Shown here: positions 1 to 10,130 of the stretch, in pieces | Position numbering within the stretch: the stretch's first letter is position 1 | Layout of the letters: each line of letters opens with the position of its first letter | Source of the DNA: a virus | Lineage: Duplodnaviria; Caudoviricetes | Reading direction: 5' to 3' (one strand) | Length of the DNA stretch: 31,157 nucleotides | Virus record (IMG/VR): IMGVR_UViG_3300035491_000163 | Coordinates: 1 to 31,157 of that record | The notes under the pieces: generated by a model | What the model saw: the letters and a program-made list of their open reading frames with translations, nothing else | Databases searched by the model: none | Told to the model about the DNA's origin: nothing | Made by a program: the position numbers and the translations under genes

Positions 1-2
1 AC

Positions 3-128
3 GACAGCAAACCGGGTATCTCGATCGACAAGATGCTGGGCTTCCTCAAGCCCAAGTTCTACAGCATCTATGACCGTTCGGTTGAGGACTTCGGCGTGCT
101 GGCTATCGACCACTACCTGGGCGAGTAG
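3..128 (+). CDS. Major capsid protein C-terminus (N4-gp56/DUF4043-like), 5'-truncated by window edge
   Basis: Manual translation of frame 3: DSKPGISIDKMLGFLKPKFYSIYDRSVEDFGVLAIDHYLGE*. The GISxxKxxGxxKPxF...EDFGV pattern is recalled from this capsid family; position precedes head-completion genes. Confidence 0.72.
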   Translation, partial: DSKPGISIDKMLGFLKPKFYSIYDRSVEDFGVLAIDHYLGE

Positions 129-154
129 GCCCGGGTAACACAGGAGATACCCAC

Positions 155-550
155 ATGATCCAGAAGAACTACAACCGCCAGGGTCTTGCCGTGGCCCAAA
201 TCGCCATCGCGCTGGCTGCCTTCAGTGACGGTGCCGCGCAAGCAGCCATTGAGCTGCCGGCCGGCGCCATCGTCGTTGGTGGTAGCGCCATGGTGACCAC
301 TGCGTTCGACGCCGAGACGACCGCCACCCTGAAGGTTGGTGACGCCGCCGACGACGACCGCTACAGCGGCACTCCGCTGGATGTCAGCACCCTGGGCAAC
401 AAGCCTCTGGTGCCGACCGGTTACGTCATGCCCGAGAAGGGCGACGTAATTGTCACCTACGCGAGTACCGGCGCAGCTGCCACGGAAGGCGAGCTGCTGC
501 TGGTGGTCGAGTACATCGAGGCCAACAAGTCCGAGTGGACTCAAGGCTGA
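155..550 (+). CDS. Virion structural protein, probable capsid decoration/cement protein (131 aa)
   Basis: AGGAG RBS; small beta-rich protein directly after the capsid gene and before a hairpin. Confidence 0.6.
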   Translation: MIQKNYNRQGLAVAQIAIALAAFSDGAAQAAIELPAGAIVVGGSAMVTTAFDAETTATLKVGDAADDDRYSGTPLDVSTLGNKPLVPTGYVMPEKGDVIVTYASTGAAATEGELLLVVEYIEANKSEWTQG

Positions 551-556
551 CCCGGT

Positions 557-590
557 AAGGGGCCGGCCTGCGCTGGCCCCTTCCATTTTC
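557..590 (+). terminator. Probable intrinsic terminator/attenuator after capsid and decoration genes
   Basis: AAGGGGCCGGC-ctgc-GCTGGCCCCTT stem followed by CCATTTTC (weak U tract). Confidence 0.55.
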
Positions 591-612
591 ACCAAGCATA
601 GGGGCATTCACT

Positions 613-1044
613 ATGAGTAACACCCAGAACGGACCTCGCTTTCTGCCGGCTCGTGGAGACGAAGCGGAAGGCACCCATATCGCATTGACTACCGGCCACG
701 CCTGTCGCGTACACGCCGTCTCGCTGGTCGATGGTGAGCGTGGCACCTGCATTCCTGATCGATTCCGCCGCGAAGCTGTAGCGCTTGGCTGCGCCATCGT
801 CGGTATCGATGACGAGAAGGAGCAGGCGAAGGACGATGCCGAGACTCAGCAGTCGCTGATCGTGGCGGCTATCCGCACCATCATTGAGGCGGACGACAAG
901 GACCAGCTGCAAGGCGACGGGCGCCCGAAAGCTGAAGCAGTTTCCAAAGTTGTCGGCTTCAACGTCACCAAGGCCAAGTACACCAAGGCGTGGGCAGCGT
1001 TTGCGGCCGAGCTGGACGGTGAAGACGGTCCGGAAGAAGTCTGA
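613..1044 (+). CDS. Phage hypothetical protein (143 aa)
   Basis: ORF with phage-like codon usage; stop overlaps the next start (TGATG). Confidence 0.75.
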   Translation: MSNTQNGPRFLPARGDEAEGTHIALTTGHACRVHAVSLVDGERGTCIPDRFRREAVALGCAIVGIDDEKEQAKDDAETQQSLIVAAIRTIIEADDKDQLQGDGRPKAEAVSKVVGFNVTKAKYTKAWAAFAAELDGEDGPEEV

Positions 1045-1682
1045 TGGAAACGGTACGGGAGCTGGTCGAAGCATTCCGGGACGACGAGAAGGACGCGGCA
1101 GGCACCGACTCGTTCTGGAGTGACCCGCAGTTGGTCCGCTGGGCCAACCAGGCTGTTAGTCGCTTCTGCGAGATAACCCGCAGCGTCTACGACAGCACCA
1201 GCCCCTTTACTTTGATTGAGCTGCGGGCAGGGGAGAGCGTCATTCCCCGACCGGCCTGCATCATCGACATTGTTTCCGCCTCATTCCCTGCGCCGAATAA
1301 GCGTGACCTGGCAATCGAACCGCCAGGCCGCACTCCGCGCTCATGCCTGCCGACTTCTGGCGCCACCCGGCTGATGGTCGTTGATAGCCACGACATGCGC
1401 CTGTACCCACCGGTGGCCACTGACTGCGAGCTGCAGCTTGAAGTCATCCGCCGGCAAATCCGTTCCCTGACGCTTGGGTGCCGACTTGCAGATGTCCCGC
1501 CGCACGCCCGCGAGACGCTGCTGCTGTACATGAAGCACCGTGCATACCGAGTGCACGACGCCGAGCTGTTCGACCCGGCCAAGGCTGACAACTACCTGGC
1601 TGAGTTCGAGCGCGAGTGTCAGCAGCACCTTGAGACATCACGCGCTGCGCCACGCGCAGGCCTTATCCGCTCCAGTTGGTGA
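1044..1682 (+). CDS. Head-to-tail adaptor-like protein (DUF6682-like, 212 aa)
   Basis: N-terminal FRDD..D....WSDPQLVRWANQA pattern and C-terminal LLYMKHRAY..HDAE pattern resemble podoviral adaptors; synteny after capsid. Confidence 0.62.
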   Translation: METVRELVEAFRDDEKDAAGTDSFWSDPQLVRWANQAVSRFCEITRSVYDSTSPFTLIELRAGESVIPRPACIIDIVSASFPAPNKRDLAIEPPGRTPRSCLPTSGATRLMVVDSHDMRLYPPVATDCELQLEVIRRQIRSLTLGCRLADVPPHARETLLLYMKHRAYRVHDAELFDPAKADNYLAEFERECQQHLETSRAAPRAGLIRSSW

Positions 1683-1685
1683 CCC

Positions 1686-2855
1686 ATGGACATCATCAAG
1701 AAAAACCAATTCACCGGCAGCAACAACATTGCCAAGGCCGAGCGGCTGCCCGAAGGCGCCGTTGTTGAGGCGATCAATGTCGACTTTACGGCTGGCGGCA
1801 AAGCTGAGTTGCGGGCTGGCTTTGAGCTGGTGCGCGAAGAGCCTGGCACCCGGGCAGTTTTCGAGATGGGCGGCGAGACGCTGGCCCTGATCGTCGATGA
1901 CCAGTTGATCAAGGTCACGCCCTACGGTGAAACCCTGCTCGGCGCGGTGGCTGACGGCCCCATTGCTGCCGTCTGGCACGCTGGCGAACTGTTCCTTAAC
2001 ACGATCAACGACAGCGTGCGTATCGGCGAAAGCCGGCGCGCGTGGTCGGTGCCTGCGCCGGCGTTCGATGTCTCGCTGGAGGCTGGGTATATGCAGCCCG
2101 GCGCCTATAAGGTGGCGGTGACCGCGGTGGACGGCGGTATCGAGTCAGGCTGTCAGCCTGCCATTGTCAGTGTCGGTGAGGGGCAGGCGATCCGCGTCGT
2201 CGTCGGTGATGACCGCGAGTGCCGCCTGTACTGCAGCCAGCCAAACGGCCTGACCCTGTATCACCAGGGTATCGCCTACAGCACCAACAAGATCCCGGCC
2301 AACATCCTCGACGACTCGGCACGGCTGGAGACGGCAGGGCTCTACAGCCTGCCGTTCTGCTCGATGCTGATCAGCCATCAGGCGCTGATCGTTGGCGCTC
2401 AGGGCAAGTACCTGTATCACACCCATCCTATGTGGCCGCACCTGCACAACCCCGAGATGGACTACGTCCCGTTCCCTGCGCCTGTGACGCTTATCGCCAG
2501 TGTTGAGGGTGGCGTGTTCGTGTGCGCGGACAAGACCTATTTCATCACCGGGCTGGGCGGGCCTGACCTGGCTCAGCGCACGGTTGCGGAGTTCGGTGCG
2601 ATCGAGGGCACCGACGTGACCCTGCCCGACGGCTCGGTCGCGTGGTTCACCCGCTACGGCCAGGCCATCGGCCGGGCTGACGGCAGCATCGAGCTGGTCA
2701 ACCGCAAGGACTACGCCCCGGACACGGCCCCAATTGGGGCGGCCGGGCTGCTGGAACACAACGGCAACCAGATGGTTGTTACCACTATGCAAGGCGGGGT
2801 AAGCGGCTCTGGCCTGCGCTCGGCTGATCACATTGACCTGGAGGTGATCCAATGA
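1686..2855 (+). CDS. Putative tail nozzle/tubular protein (389 aa)
   Basis: Beta-rich protein after the adaptor with N-terminal FTGxNN...AINVD motif; function inferred from position. Confidence 0.5.
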   Translation: MDIIKKNQFTGSNNIAKAERLPEGAVVEAINVDFTAGGKAELRAGFELVREEPGTRAVFEMGGETLALIVDDQLIKVTPYGETLLGAVADGPIAAVWHAGELFLNTINDSVRIGESRRAWSVPAPAFDVSLEAGYMQPGAYKVAVTAVDGGIESGCQPAIVSVGEGQAIRVVVGDDRECRLYCSQPNGLTLYHQGIAYSTNKIPANILDDSARLETAGLYSLPFCSMLISHQALIVGAQGKYLYHTHPMWPHLHNPEMDYVPFPAPVTLIASVEGGVFVCADKTYFITGLGGPDLAQRTVAEFGAIEGTDVTLPDGSVAWFTRYGQAIGRADGSIELVNRKDYAPDTAPIGAAGLLEHNGNQMVVTTMQGGVSGSGLRSADHIDLEVIQ

Positions 2856-3358
2856 AAGCAGGCGTCGGCGTTAACGGCTTCGTCTGGGACTTCACGATTC
2901 TCGGTGCCGATGGCAAGCCGATCGAACGTGAGGTGACACACAACCTGATCCCGGCAGAAGGGCTGGCGTTTCTGCTGAAGGCGCCGTTCGGCGATATGGC
3001 ATCGATCGGCAGCTTCTACGTCGGCCTGTTCACCGAGCAATATGTGCCCAGCGGCTCGACCAAGGCCAGCGACATCCCGATCAACATGGGCGAGTTCACG
3101 GCCTACAGCCAGGCCACGCGGCCGCAGTGGGTGCGCACCTTCAACAACTCTGACTCCTATCACAACGACGGGAACAAGGCTGAGTTCACGTTTCAGCAGA
3201 ACGCCACGATTCGGGGTGCGGTCCTTGTCTCGGAGAGCACCAAGGGCAGCGGTGATGGCCTGGTGCTGTCGTGCGTGCGCTTTGCGTCGCCCAAGATCGT
3301 CGAGGCGGGGCAGACATCCCAAGCCGCAGCGTCGCTCACCTACATCCCTGTGTCCTGA
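2852..3358 (+). CDS. Virion structural protein (168 aa)
   Basis: GGAGG RBS, ATGA overlap; HNLI...G and Y...TRPQW motifs seen in small tail-associated proteins. Confidence 0.6.
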   Translation: MKAGVGVNGFVWDFTILGADGKPIEREVTHNLIPAEGLAFLLKAPFGDMASIGSFYVGLFTEQYVPSGSTKASDIPINMGEFTAYSQATRPQWVRTFNNSDSYHNDGNKAEFTFQQNATIRGAVLVSESTKGSGDGLVLSCVRFASPKIVEAGQTSQAAASLTYIPVS

Positions 3359-3373
3359 TCCGAGGTAACGACC

Positions 3374-3766
3374 ATGCCAGCCAGCAAACACGGCAGCGAG
3401 CAGTACATCAAGCAGTTCTTCACGACCGACGCAGTGGATGCGCGCCCTACCAGTTGGGTGATCGCGCTGCACGCCGGCAACCCCGGCACCGGTGATGCGA
3501 ACGAGGTGGTCGACAGCAACTACGCGCGTCAGGCCGCCACCTTCGCCGCCACTGACCAGGGCAGCTACTGGGAGGGAGCCAACGTCGCCGACGTGGTATT
3601 CCCGGCAGCCTCGGCAGCGGCTGACTACACCGTGACCCACTTCACAGTGCGCGATGCCGTGTCGGGCGAGTGCCTTGGCATTGGCGCGCTGCCTGTTTCC
3701 ATTCCTGTTGTCGCTGGGGGCATCGTCGCTATGCCTGCCGGCATGGCCAAAGTGCGAGGTATCTGA
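3374..3766 (+). CDS. Small tail/fibre-associated structural protein (130 aa)
   Basis: GAGG RBS; IALHxGNPG...NEV..SNYARQ...F motif recalled from small phage tail proteins. Confidence 0.62.
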   Translation: MPASKHGSEQYIKQFFTTDAVDARPTSWVIALHAGNPGTGDANEVVDSNYARQAATFAATDQGSYWEGANVADVVFPAASAAADYTVTHFTVRDAVSGECLGIGALPVSIPVVAGGIVAMPAGMAKVRGI

Positions 3767-3767
3767 C

Positions 3768-4211
3768 ATGGCTATGAAGTTCTCAACCGAGGTGCGGCGC
3801 CAGCAGGCTGTTGTCGGATCGCTGAAAAGCATTCTGGACGGTGGCGTGATGCGGTTCTACAACGGCCCAGTGCCGGCATCGGCAGACTCGGCGCTGTCCG
3901 GAAATACGCTGCTGCTGGAACTGAAAACCAGCATTGGCGGCAATCTCACGTTCGACCCAAACGCGGATGGCGCTGTGCTCAAGAAGGCGCTGAGCGAGAT
4001 CTGGACGGGCGATGCCGTGGCCGCCGGCAATATGACATTCTGCCGGTATGAAAAGCCTGCCGATACTGGTGGAGCGGGTACTGGCGAGGTGCGCGTACAG
4101 GCCACGGTCGGCGGGCCTGCTGCGGACATCACTGTCAGCACTACGCTGATTGAGGTCGGCGAAACCCGCACGCTTGAATACTTTGCTATCGAACTGATTG
4201 AGTCCGTCTGA
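3768..4211 (+). CDS. Small virion structural protein (147 aa; start reassigned from 3654 to ATG 3768)
   Basis: ATG 1 nt after the previous stop with GAGG upstream; YNGPVPASAD motif. Confidence 0.62.
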   Translation: MAMKFSTEVRRQQAVVGSLKSILDGGVMRFYNGPVPASADSALSGNTLLLELKTSIGGNLTFDPNADGAVLKKALSEIWTGDAVAAGNMTFCRYEKPADTGGAGTGEVRVQATVGGPAADITVSTTLIEVGETRTLEYFAIELIESV

Positions 4212-4213
4212 CC

Positions 4214-6247
4214 ATGGCCAACCGACTGCAGAAGCAGCCGGTACTCACCTATGTGCCGGCGGTGGCGCCGGTGCCGGCGCGTGATGCCTACTGCACCACT
4301 GAAAACGTCATCACCGGGTACACGACGCAGACCGTCGGAGGCACTGCCGTATTCATTCCAGCAGGTTCCGGTGGCGGCATCTTGTCTGGTGGCGGCGGCT
4401 CCCGCCCTGTTTACCGCGACGTGCTGAACACCACTACCGGGACGTATGAGCGAAAGCTGGTCGGATGGTGGGTCGTTCCTCCAGTCACATCAAGGCGAGT
4501 ACCAATCTACCAGGCTGTCCGCACCTGCTACCCGGCCAGGGAAGCGGTGATCGGCCAGTCGGCGCGCATCGATACATACGCCAACAACGGCTGGAATGGC
4601 GGCGCGCGCAGCAGGGCGAAGGTGCCGGTCGGCGGATACCTGCAGGTCAAGCTGCCCGATACACCCTACGGCGTCGAGGTGGGCCTTTCTGATGGCCAGT
4701 TCGACCACAGCTACGGGCACCCATCACACGCGCTGGTGGCGCGTCCGAGCGGAATTACCCCCATCGAGCGCGGCCTGGACATGGGGCCAGAGCAGCCGCT
4801 TGGCAGCACTGTGCGCATCATCCGACTACAGGATGGCGTGCGCATGATGGTGGATGATCAAGTTATCTATGACTCGGAAACCGCGATTGCCGGTGCTGCC
4901 TATGGCGACGTGACGCTGTACTCAACGGCTGATTTCGTGGACGAGCCGGTCATTGGTGCCTATCACGAGACGGGCGGCGTGGCCGGGCTGTCGATGGTGG
5001 CGGCGTTCGCCGAGACGGCTGGCGGCGTGGCGGCGATGACGACGGAGCTGGAAGCGCTGGTGCTGCTGAATGGGCAGGCGCTGACTGGTGGTGTCGCTGC
5101 GATGCAGCTGCGATCGCAGGGCGCTGCGCATGGCCGCTATGAGATTACCGGGGCTGCCGAACTGGGGCAGGGCGCAAGCCTTGTCGGCGTTGTCTACGCC
5201 GATGCGTCTGGCGTGATCAGTAGCGGTGTCGCCAGCTACGGCCACGGTAAGCTGTGCGCGACCGGCAAGGGCATGATGGGTGTCAGCGGCACAGCCAAGC
5301 CCATGTACGGGCGCGGCGCATTCCCGCCTGCGAGCAGTGCCGGGCGCCTGAATCGGGCAGAAGTCGTGCCATTCCAGGCTGTCGGCGTATACCCGCCGGG
5401 CATTGGGCGCGGGATGCTGAAGCGCACGCTGAATATGCAGGGCGCTGGCGTGCTGGCCATGGCCGGAAAAGGCTCGGAAACCGTGCAGATGGGCGGCAGC
5501 GCACCGGCAGCGACGGTATACCGCGCCGTCAACTGGTGGGAATACATGCCGTCATGGATGCTGGACGTAGGGCAGATGGTGGGCGCAATCGACAGCATCC
5601 TGCTGGAAGGCGGCGCGCTGTTCGTCATCGCCGAGTCGTTGCAGGTTGGCGAAACGATCGATCTGTTCATGGTCGTGAACTTCGAGATTGCCGAGTTCGT
5701 CGGCGTATCCACTGACGCGAGCCTGGCGTTCATCGTGCAAATGGCGATCGATGAGCGCGTGCGCCTGAGTAGCGCGGCCACCGATGCCCGCAAGGAGGCG
5801 CTGCAGTACGCTGTCAACGCGGTCACCGGCGCCCTGAGCACCTATCGCAACTTCGGCTTCAAGCAGTTCGCACGGATGGCTGGCGACACCTACGCCATTA
5901 CCGACGCTGGACTGTTCCGCCTGGGCGGCGAGGGTGACGACGGCGAGACGCTGAATGCCTTTATCGACTTCGGCTCCAGCGACTTCGGCACATCGCGCAG
6001 CAAGCGCATGAACAGCGTCTATGCGGGCATTGCCACGGACGGCACGGTCTATCTGCGCGTCTCGGGCGATGACGGCACAGAGACAGTGTACCGGGCTGTC
6101 GGTGATGGCGTGGAGCGCCGGGCCAGAACGGCCAAGGGGCTGACCGCGCGGCACTGGCGGGTGCGGCTGGAGCTGGCGGACGCCAGCTATGCCGAGCTGG
6201 ACAACATTGAGATTGAGCTGGGCGTGTCTCAGCGGAGGCTGCGATGA
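4214..6247 (+). CDS. Large tail-associated structural protein (677 aa)
   Basis: Long ORF in the late operon; Gly/Ala-rich middle; C-terminal beta domain (YAVNAVTGA...DFG..RSKR...GLTARHW). Confidence 0.6.
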   Translation: MANRLQKQPVLTYVPAVAPVPARDAYCTTENVITGYTTQTVGGTAVFIPAGSGGGILSGGGGSRPVYRDVLNTTTGTYERKLVGWWVVPPVTSRRVPIYQAVRTCYPAREAVIGQSARIDTYANNGWNGGARSRAKVPVGGYLQVKLPDTPYGVEVGLSDGQFDHSYGHPSHALVARPSGITPIERGLDMGPEQPLGSTVRIIRLQDGVRMMVDDQVIYDSETAIAGAAYGDVTLYSTADFVDEPVIGAYHETGGVAGLSMVAAFAETAGGVAAMTTELEALVLLNGQALTGGVAAMQLRSQGAAHGRYEITGAAELGQGASLVGVVYADASGVISSGVASYGHGKLCATGKGMMGVSGTAKPMYGRGAFPPASSAGRLNRAEVVPFQAVGVYPPGIGRGMLKRTLNMQGAGVLAMAGKGSETVQMGGSAPAATVYRAVNWWEYMPSWMLDVGQMVGAIDSILLEGGALFVIAESLQVGETIDLFMVVNFEIAEFVGVSTDASLAFIVQMAIDERVRLSSAATDARKEALQYAVNAVTGALSTYRNFGFKQFARMAGDTYAITDAGLFRLGGEGDDGETLNAFIDFGSSDFGTSRSKRMNSVYAGIATDGTVYLRVSGDDGTETVYRAVGDGVERRARTAKGLTARHWRVRLELADASYAELDNIEIELGVSQRRLR

Positions 6248-7356
6248 TGATACTGGTGCCTGACTTTCAGGGAGCCCCGGCCGATCTTTTCACGCGGCGC
6301 TATGCAACCTTTGACGACGTACATTCCAACTTCTTCATGGTGATGCCGGCCAGCGCTTACGCCGACACAAATAGCTCGCGCGCCTACACCTACGGCAATG
6401 TCGGGGTGATGGAGCTGCCGGCGCCGGCCATGCTGCCAGATCCACAGGCCGACGGCTTTACCATCGATCAGTCTGCATCCGGTTACAACCAGATGGTGCA
6501 TAACGGCACTGGTGTTGGCGTGGCCGAGCTGCAGACGTGGTATTCGGGAGAAGCCTACGGGTACGGCATGGGCCTGCTATGCGGATACCCTGGCGTTGAC
6601 CTCACTGCCGACATCACCGAGCCGGTCAAAGTTGTTTGGCCGCATGTAATGAATGTGTTTGAGCTTAACGACTGGAATGTCTACGTCAACGGGCCAATGC
6701 GCTGCTACATGGGCTTTGAGCCTGGCGCCAGCGCGCCTGCCGATCAGGCGTTCATAACCGGGATCGGCTTCACCTCGGGCTATATGTATGCGCAGCTGAA
6801 CTGCTACCCGCACGCCTACCCATCGACCGCAGGGCAGATTCCCGAGGCACAGCGCCATGCTGTCACCGGCTTCATCAAACGCTCGGTGGCTGATGGCCCG
6901 GCGGCCAGCATTACCAGCGAGGATGTCCGGCTTGGCGTGCTCATGCACGGCAGCGTTGGCCAGTTCGTCGTCAATGGAGTGGTGGTGCGCACTTTTGCGC
7001 TTAGCGACTGGCCTGAGTACGAACTGTATTTTGATGCCACCGTGGCCAACGGCGTAGACATCACAGACCCTGCAAACCTCAGCGCCATTCAGGTTGATAT
7101 ATCTGATGCCTACGCCTTTGCTGGCGGGCCGTCAGACGTGTTTGAGACGTTCAGCGGAACCGCGATCATCACGCTCACTGATTGCGTTCTTGGGTCGTGG
7201 GCTGACTGGTCGACCGGCGTGGACTCCATGAGCACGATCGTGCTGAACAACGGTTACTTCGATGGAAACGATTACCCGGCGTTGACCACCGGGTTCTACC
7301 AGGTTGCGCCGAACATATTTTGGGCTGACCTTCAGCGCGCGGTAGAAATCGCATGA
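6244..7356 (+). CDS. Hypothetical virion protein, possibly receptor-binding (370 aa)
   Basis: GGAGG RBS, ATGA overlap; acidic, aromatic-rich beta composition. Confidence 0.55.
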   Translation: MMILVPDFQGAPADLFTRRYATFDDVHSNFFMVMPASAYADTNSSRAYTYGNVGVMELPAPAMLPDPQADGFTIDQSASGYNQMVHNGTGVGVAELQTWYSGEAYGYGMGLLCGYPGVDLTADITEPVKVVWPHVMNVFELNDWNVYVNGPMRCYMGFEPGASAPADQAFITGIGFTSGYMYAQLNCYPHAYPSTAGQIPEAQRHAVTGFIKRSVADGPAASITSEDVRLGVLMHGSVGQFVVNGVVVRTFALSDWPEYELYFDATVANGVDITDPANLSAIQVDISDAYAFAGGPSDVFETFSGTAIITLTDCVLGSWADWSTGVDSMSTIVLNNGYFDGNDYPALTTGFYQVAPNIFWADLQRAVEIA

Positions 7357-9155
7357 TGGTGTTCCTGCCTACCGTCGCCACGGCAGCCAAGTACCGAGGC
7401 TATGCGGCCCGTCTGGCGTCGTCGCTGCTGATGGTCGGTGCCCTGAGCCAGAACCGGGTGCTGGATGGCTACCTCTTCCGTGCGCAGCGCGTGGCAAGGG
7501 ATATGGCCAAGGTCTACGTCATTGACCTGCCTGCGCGCTGGCTGCTGGCGGGCTGGCACGACTATGAGGGCGTGAGCCCGGACCCGAACAGTTCGATGTT
7601 TGTCGGCCTTGATCGCGGTCTGCTGACGCCAACAGAGGCTTGGCAGGCCCAGGATGTGAAGGCTATCGACTCAAGTAATGCCCAGCGACCGCTGACGCCA
7701 AGGATCACCTTCTTCCAGGCGTCGTTTGGGGGCGGGTTCTTCTACGGTGACGGCCGGGCTGACTGGTTCGGAGAATACGCCGCTGTTGTGACCATCTCGG
7801 TGGACAGGCAAGGCGGCAACATTCAGTCGCTGCCGAACTATGATCCTGATCTGGAGTTCCGGATTACCGCGACGGTCTTCACTTGGCGGATGGGTGGCAC
7901 CCCGCTGCTGGACGAAGCGCCGGCAGCGCAGATCACGCTGGACAACCAAATGAGCTTTGGCGTTTCCGAGACTGGCATCCGCGCGTGGTCCGGCAAGCCG
8001 CACTTCCGCTTCACGCAGAACCCGCGACGCTGGACTGAAAGCGTTATCGCGCTTGTCGGCGTGCCGGTGATAGAGGGCGCCATGGATCGCTATGTGCTGG
8101 CGGCAACCTGCTGCGTGCAGGCAACAAACCTCAGCGTGGACAGCGGCTTTATGGTCGGGCGCTTTGAGGCGGCCAGGGTAATCGGTTCCGAAACGCCAAA
8201 CCTCCGGCAAGCCGGTGCAATGTGGGGCAATATCCAGCTACTTAGCGAGAACGTAGACCCCGAGCTGCGTCCGCAGTTAAGCAGCATCGGCGGATACCTT
8301 CGCAACACGATCTACGACCTTGGCATGCTTGAGACTGACAGCAAGGTCATCATGGTGGCGTCTTGCATGCTGCGCAAGGAGGGCGGCGGGAGTGACGTGT
8401 TTCTGACCACGGCTACCCAGATCTACACCTTCGACCGGGTGACTGGGGCTGCCTCGGTGGTGCTGGACTACAAGGCTACCGTGCCTGCAACCAATCCCAT
8501 GAGCGCAATACGGCGCGTCACGCATTGTCTGAATCAGGTTCGCTACACCGTCCAAGGCAGCAAGCGCACCGGACTTGCAGCCGTTCAGTTCAACATCTCT
8601 GACGCGGTGGATGTCAGCAGCGTCGACCTGATCCTGTACGACGAAACAGGCAATCCATCCATATCCGGCCTGCGTGCGGCCGGCTATGTGCCTTTCTGGC
8701 CCAAGCTGCGGGGCGAGTACAGCAGCTGGTCATTTGCAGATGACATTGGGTATGTCACGCACGCATCGCATTCCGTTGTGCGCGAAATCGGGCCTGGGCG
8801 CCTTGGGGTGATGGCTGCATTGGCCAGCGATGCCGGGTCGGCGGGGTCGATCGAATGGCGATTGGTTGTGCTGGACGCCGGCACGCTGCAGGTCATCGAA
8901 GTGCGTGGCGTGGTTGCGGTGCAGCCAGATAGCACATTCGCCAGCGTTGGCTTCACCGTCATATCCCAGGAGATGCTGGATGAAGATGGCGCGATTGTGG
9001 CCCCTGCGATCCTGATGGGCACTGAAGGCATTGTTGCAGACGGAACCCAGAAACTAAGTCGAGACGGCGGCCTGACGTGGGTTCCTGTGTTTACGGGGAG
9101 CAACTGGCCAGCGCTCTACATGGGCAACGGGTTACACCCGGTCACTTTTTACTGA
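7353..9155 (+). CDS. Hypothetical virion protein (600 aa)
   Basis: ATGA overlap with upstream gene; one BNR/Asp-box-like motif (SRDGGLTW) near the C-terminus. Confidence 0.6.
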   Translation: MMVFLPTVATAAKYRGYAARLASSLLMVGALSQNRVLDGYLFRAQRVARDMAKVYVIDLPARWLLAGWHDYEGVSPDPNSSMFVGLDRGLLTPTEAWQAQDVKAIDSSNAQRPLTPRITFFQASFGGGFFYGDGRADWFGEYAAVVTISVDRQGGNIQSLPNYDPDLEFRITATVFTWRMGGTPLLDEAPAAQITLDNQMSFGVSETGIRAWSGKPHFRFTQNPRRWTESVIALVGVPVIEGAMDRYVLAATCCVQATNLSVDSGFMVGRFEAARVIGSETPNLRQAGAMWGNIQLLSENVDPELRPQLSSIGGYLRNTIYDLGMLETDSKVIMVASCMLRKEGGGSDVFLTTATQIYTFDRVTGAASVVLDYKATVPATNPMSAIRRVTHCLNQVRYTVQGSKRTGLAAVQFNISDAVDVSSVDLILYDETGNPSISGLRAAGYVPFWPKLRGEYSSWSFADDIGYVTHASHSVVREIGPGRLGVMAALASDAGSAGSIEWRLVVLDAGTLQVIEVRGVVAVQPDSTFASVGFTVISQEMLDEDGAIVAPAILMGTEGIVADGTQKLSRDGGLTWVPVFTGSNWPALYMGNGLHPVTFY

Positions 9156-9165
9156 GGACTTCGCC

Positions 9166-10116
9166 ATGGGCGACATCGTTTCAAGTCAGAGCTACCTGCA
9201 GGGGTTTGCAGACAGCGCCATTAATCGCGCACAGGTGCTGGCCAACCGCATCGGCAGCTTTTCGCCAGGGTCAACCAATGTCGACTTCAACTACACGCCG
9301 ACCAAGCCGAACATCCAGCCGCCGCCGTCGATCGGGGATCTGCTGGCTACCGATACCAGCGGCGCTGCCAAGGCGTTTCTGGATGGCGAGACAGAGAAGT
9401 GGCTGGCCAAGTTCTTCCCGAACCTAACCAGCGCATTGCGGAACCAGCCCGAAGCCTGGGCTGACGGCATTCTGTCCGGTAGCGCGCCGTTTGGCCTGCC
9501 GAACGAGGTGCATGAAGCAGTGGTGCATGCCGGGCGAGACCGGGCCTATCGGGCTGCTGATAGCGAGAAGGCGCAGATCCGCACCGGCTACTCGATGCGC
9601 GGCTTTGCTACGCCACCTGGGGCTGCCATCGCCGCGATGAACAATGCCGATATTCGTGCCGGTGACGCCATCGCCGAGGTGAACCGTGGACAGATGATCC
9701 GCGACGGCGACATCAAGATCGAACTGTCGAAGTTCGCAGCCGAACTGGCTGCGCAGTTGAAGACCGGCATGCTGCAGGTGTTGGCCAACTTCTACAGCCA
9801 GTGGGCCGACGTACTCAAGCAGAACACAGACATCGCGCGCGCAAAGGCGCAAGCCTACGCGGCACTCACGTCTGGACTCTCAAGCTATTACAACGTGGAG
9901 CTGGGCTTTGAAGAGCTGCGCCTGAAAGCAGCGGCCGGCAAGGCTGATGCGCAGGAGGCCGCGATCAAGGTCAGGATGCAGGAGGGTGAGGTGCGCGCAG
10001 CACAAAACCGCGCGCTGGCTCAGGCTGCTGACGCCTTTGCAAGAGCCTCCAGCGCCGCTGCAAATGCCCAAAGCTCGCTGCAGGCGGAGCTGTATACGGG
10101 CACGGCATCGTCTTGA
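9166..10116 (+). CDS. Ala-rich helical virion protein, possible ejection/internal protein (316 aa)
   Basis: GAGGA RBS; Ala/Gln-rich helical composition; last gene before a terminator. Confidence 0.55.
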   Translation: MGDIVSSQSYLQGFADSAINRAQVLANRIGSFSPGSTNVDFNYTPTKPNIQPPPSIGDLLATDTSGAAKAFLDGETEKWLAKFFPNLTSALRNQPEAWADGILSGSAPFGLPNEVHEAVVHAGRDRAYRAADSEKAQIRTGYSMRGFATPPGAAIAAMNNADIRAGDAIAEVNRGQMIRDGDIKIELSKFAAELAAQLKTGMLQVLANFYSQWADVLKQNTDIARAKAQAYAALTSGLSSYYNVELGFEELRLKAAAGKADAQEAAIKVRMQEGEVRAAQNRALAQAADAFARASSAAANAQSSLQAELYTGTASS

Positions 10117-10130
10117 TGCCGTTATTTTTT
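10102..10130 (+). terminator. Intrinsic terminator ending the first late block
   Basis: ACGGCATC-gtctt-GATGCCGT perfect 8-bp stem followed by TATTTTTT; overlaps the stop at 10114-10116. Confidence 0.75.

Noticed and set aside
577-615. GCATAGGGG upstream of the 613 gene as a fourth late-promoter copy
   Set aside because: Lacks AGTCACA and the TTG -35 at 16 nt, and is too close to the ATG.
2828-3832. 334-aa minus-strand ORF
   Set aside because: Overlaps three well-supported plus-strand genes; composition typical of a shadow ORF.
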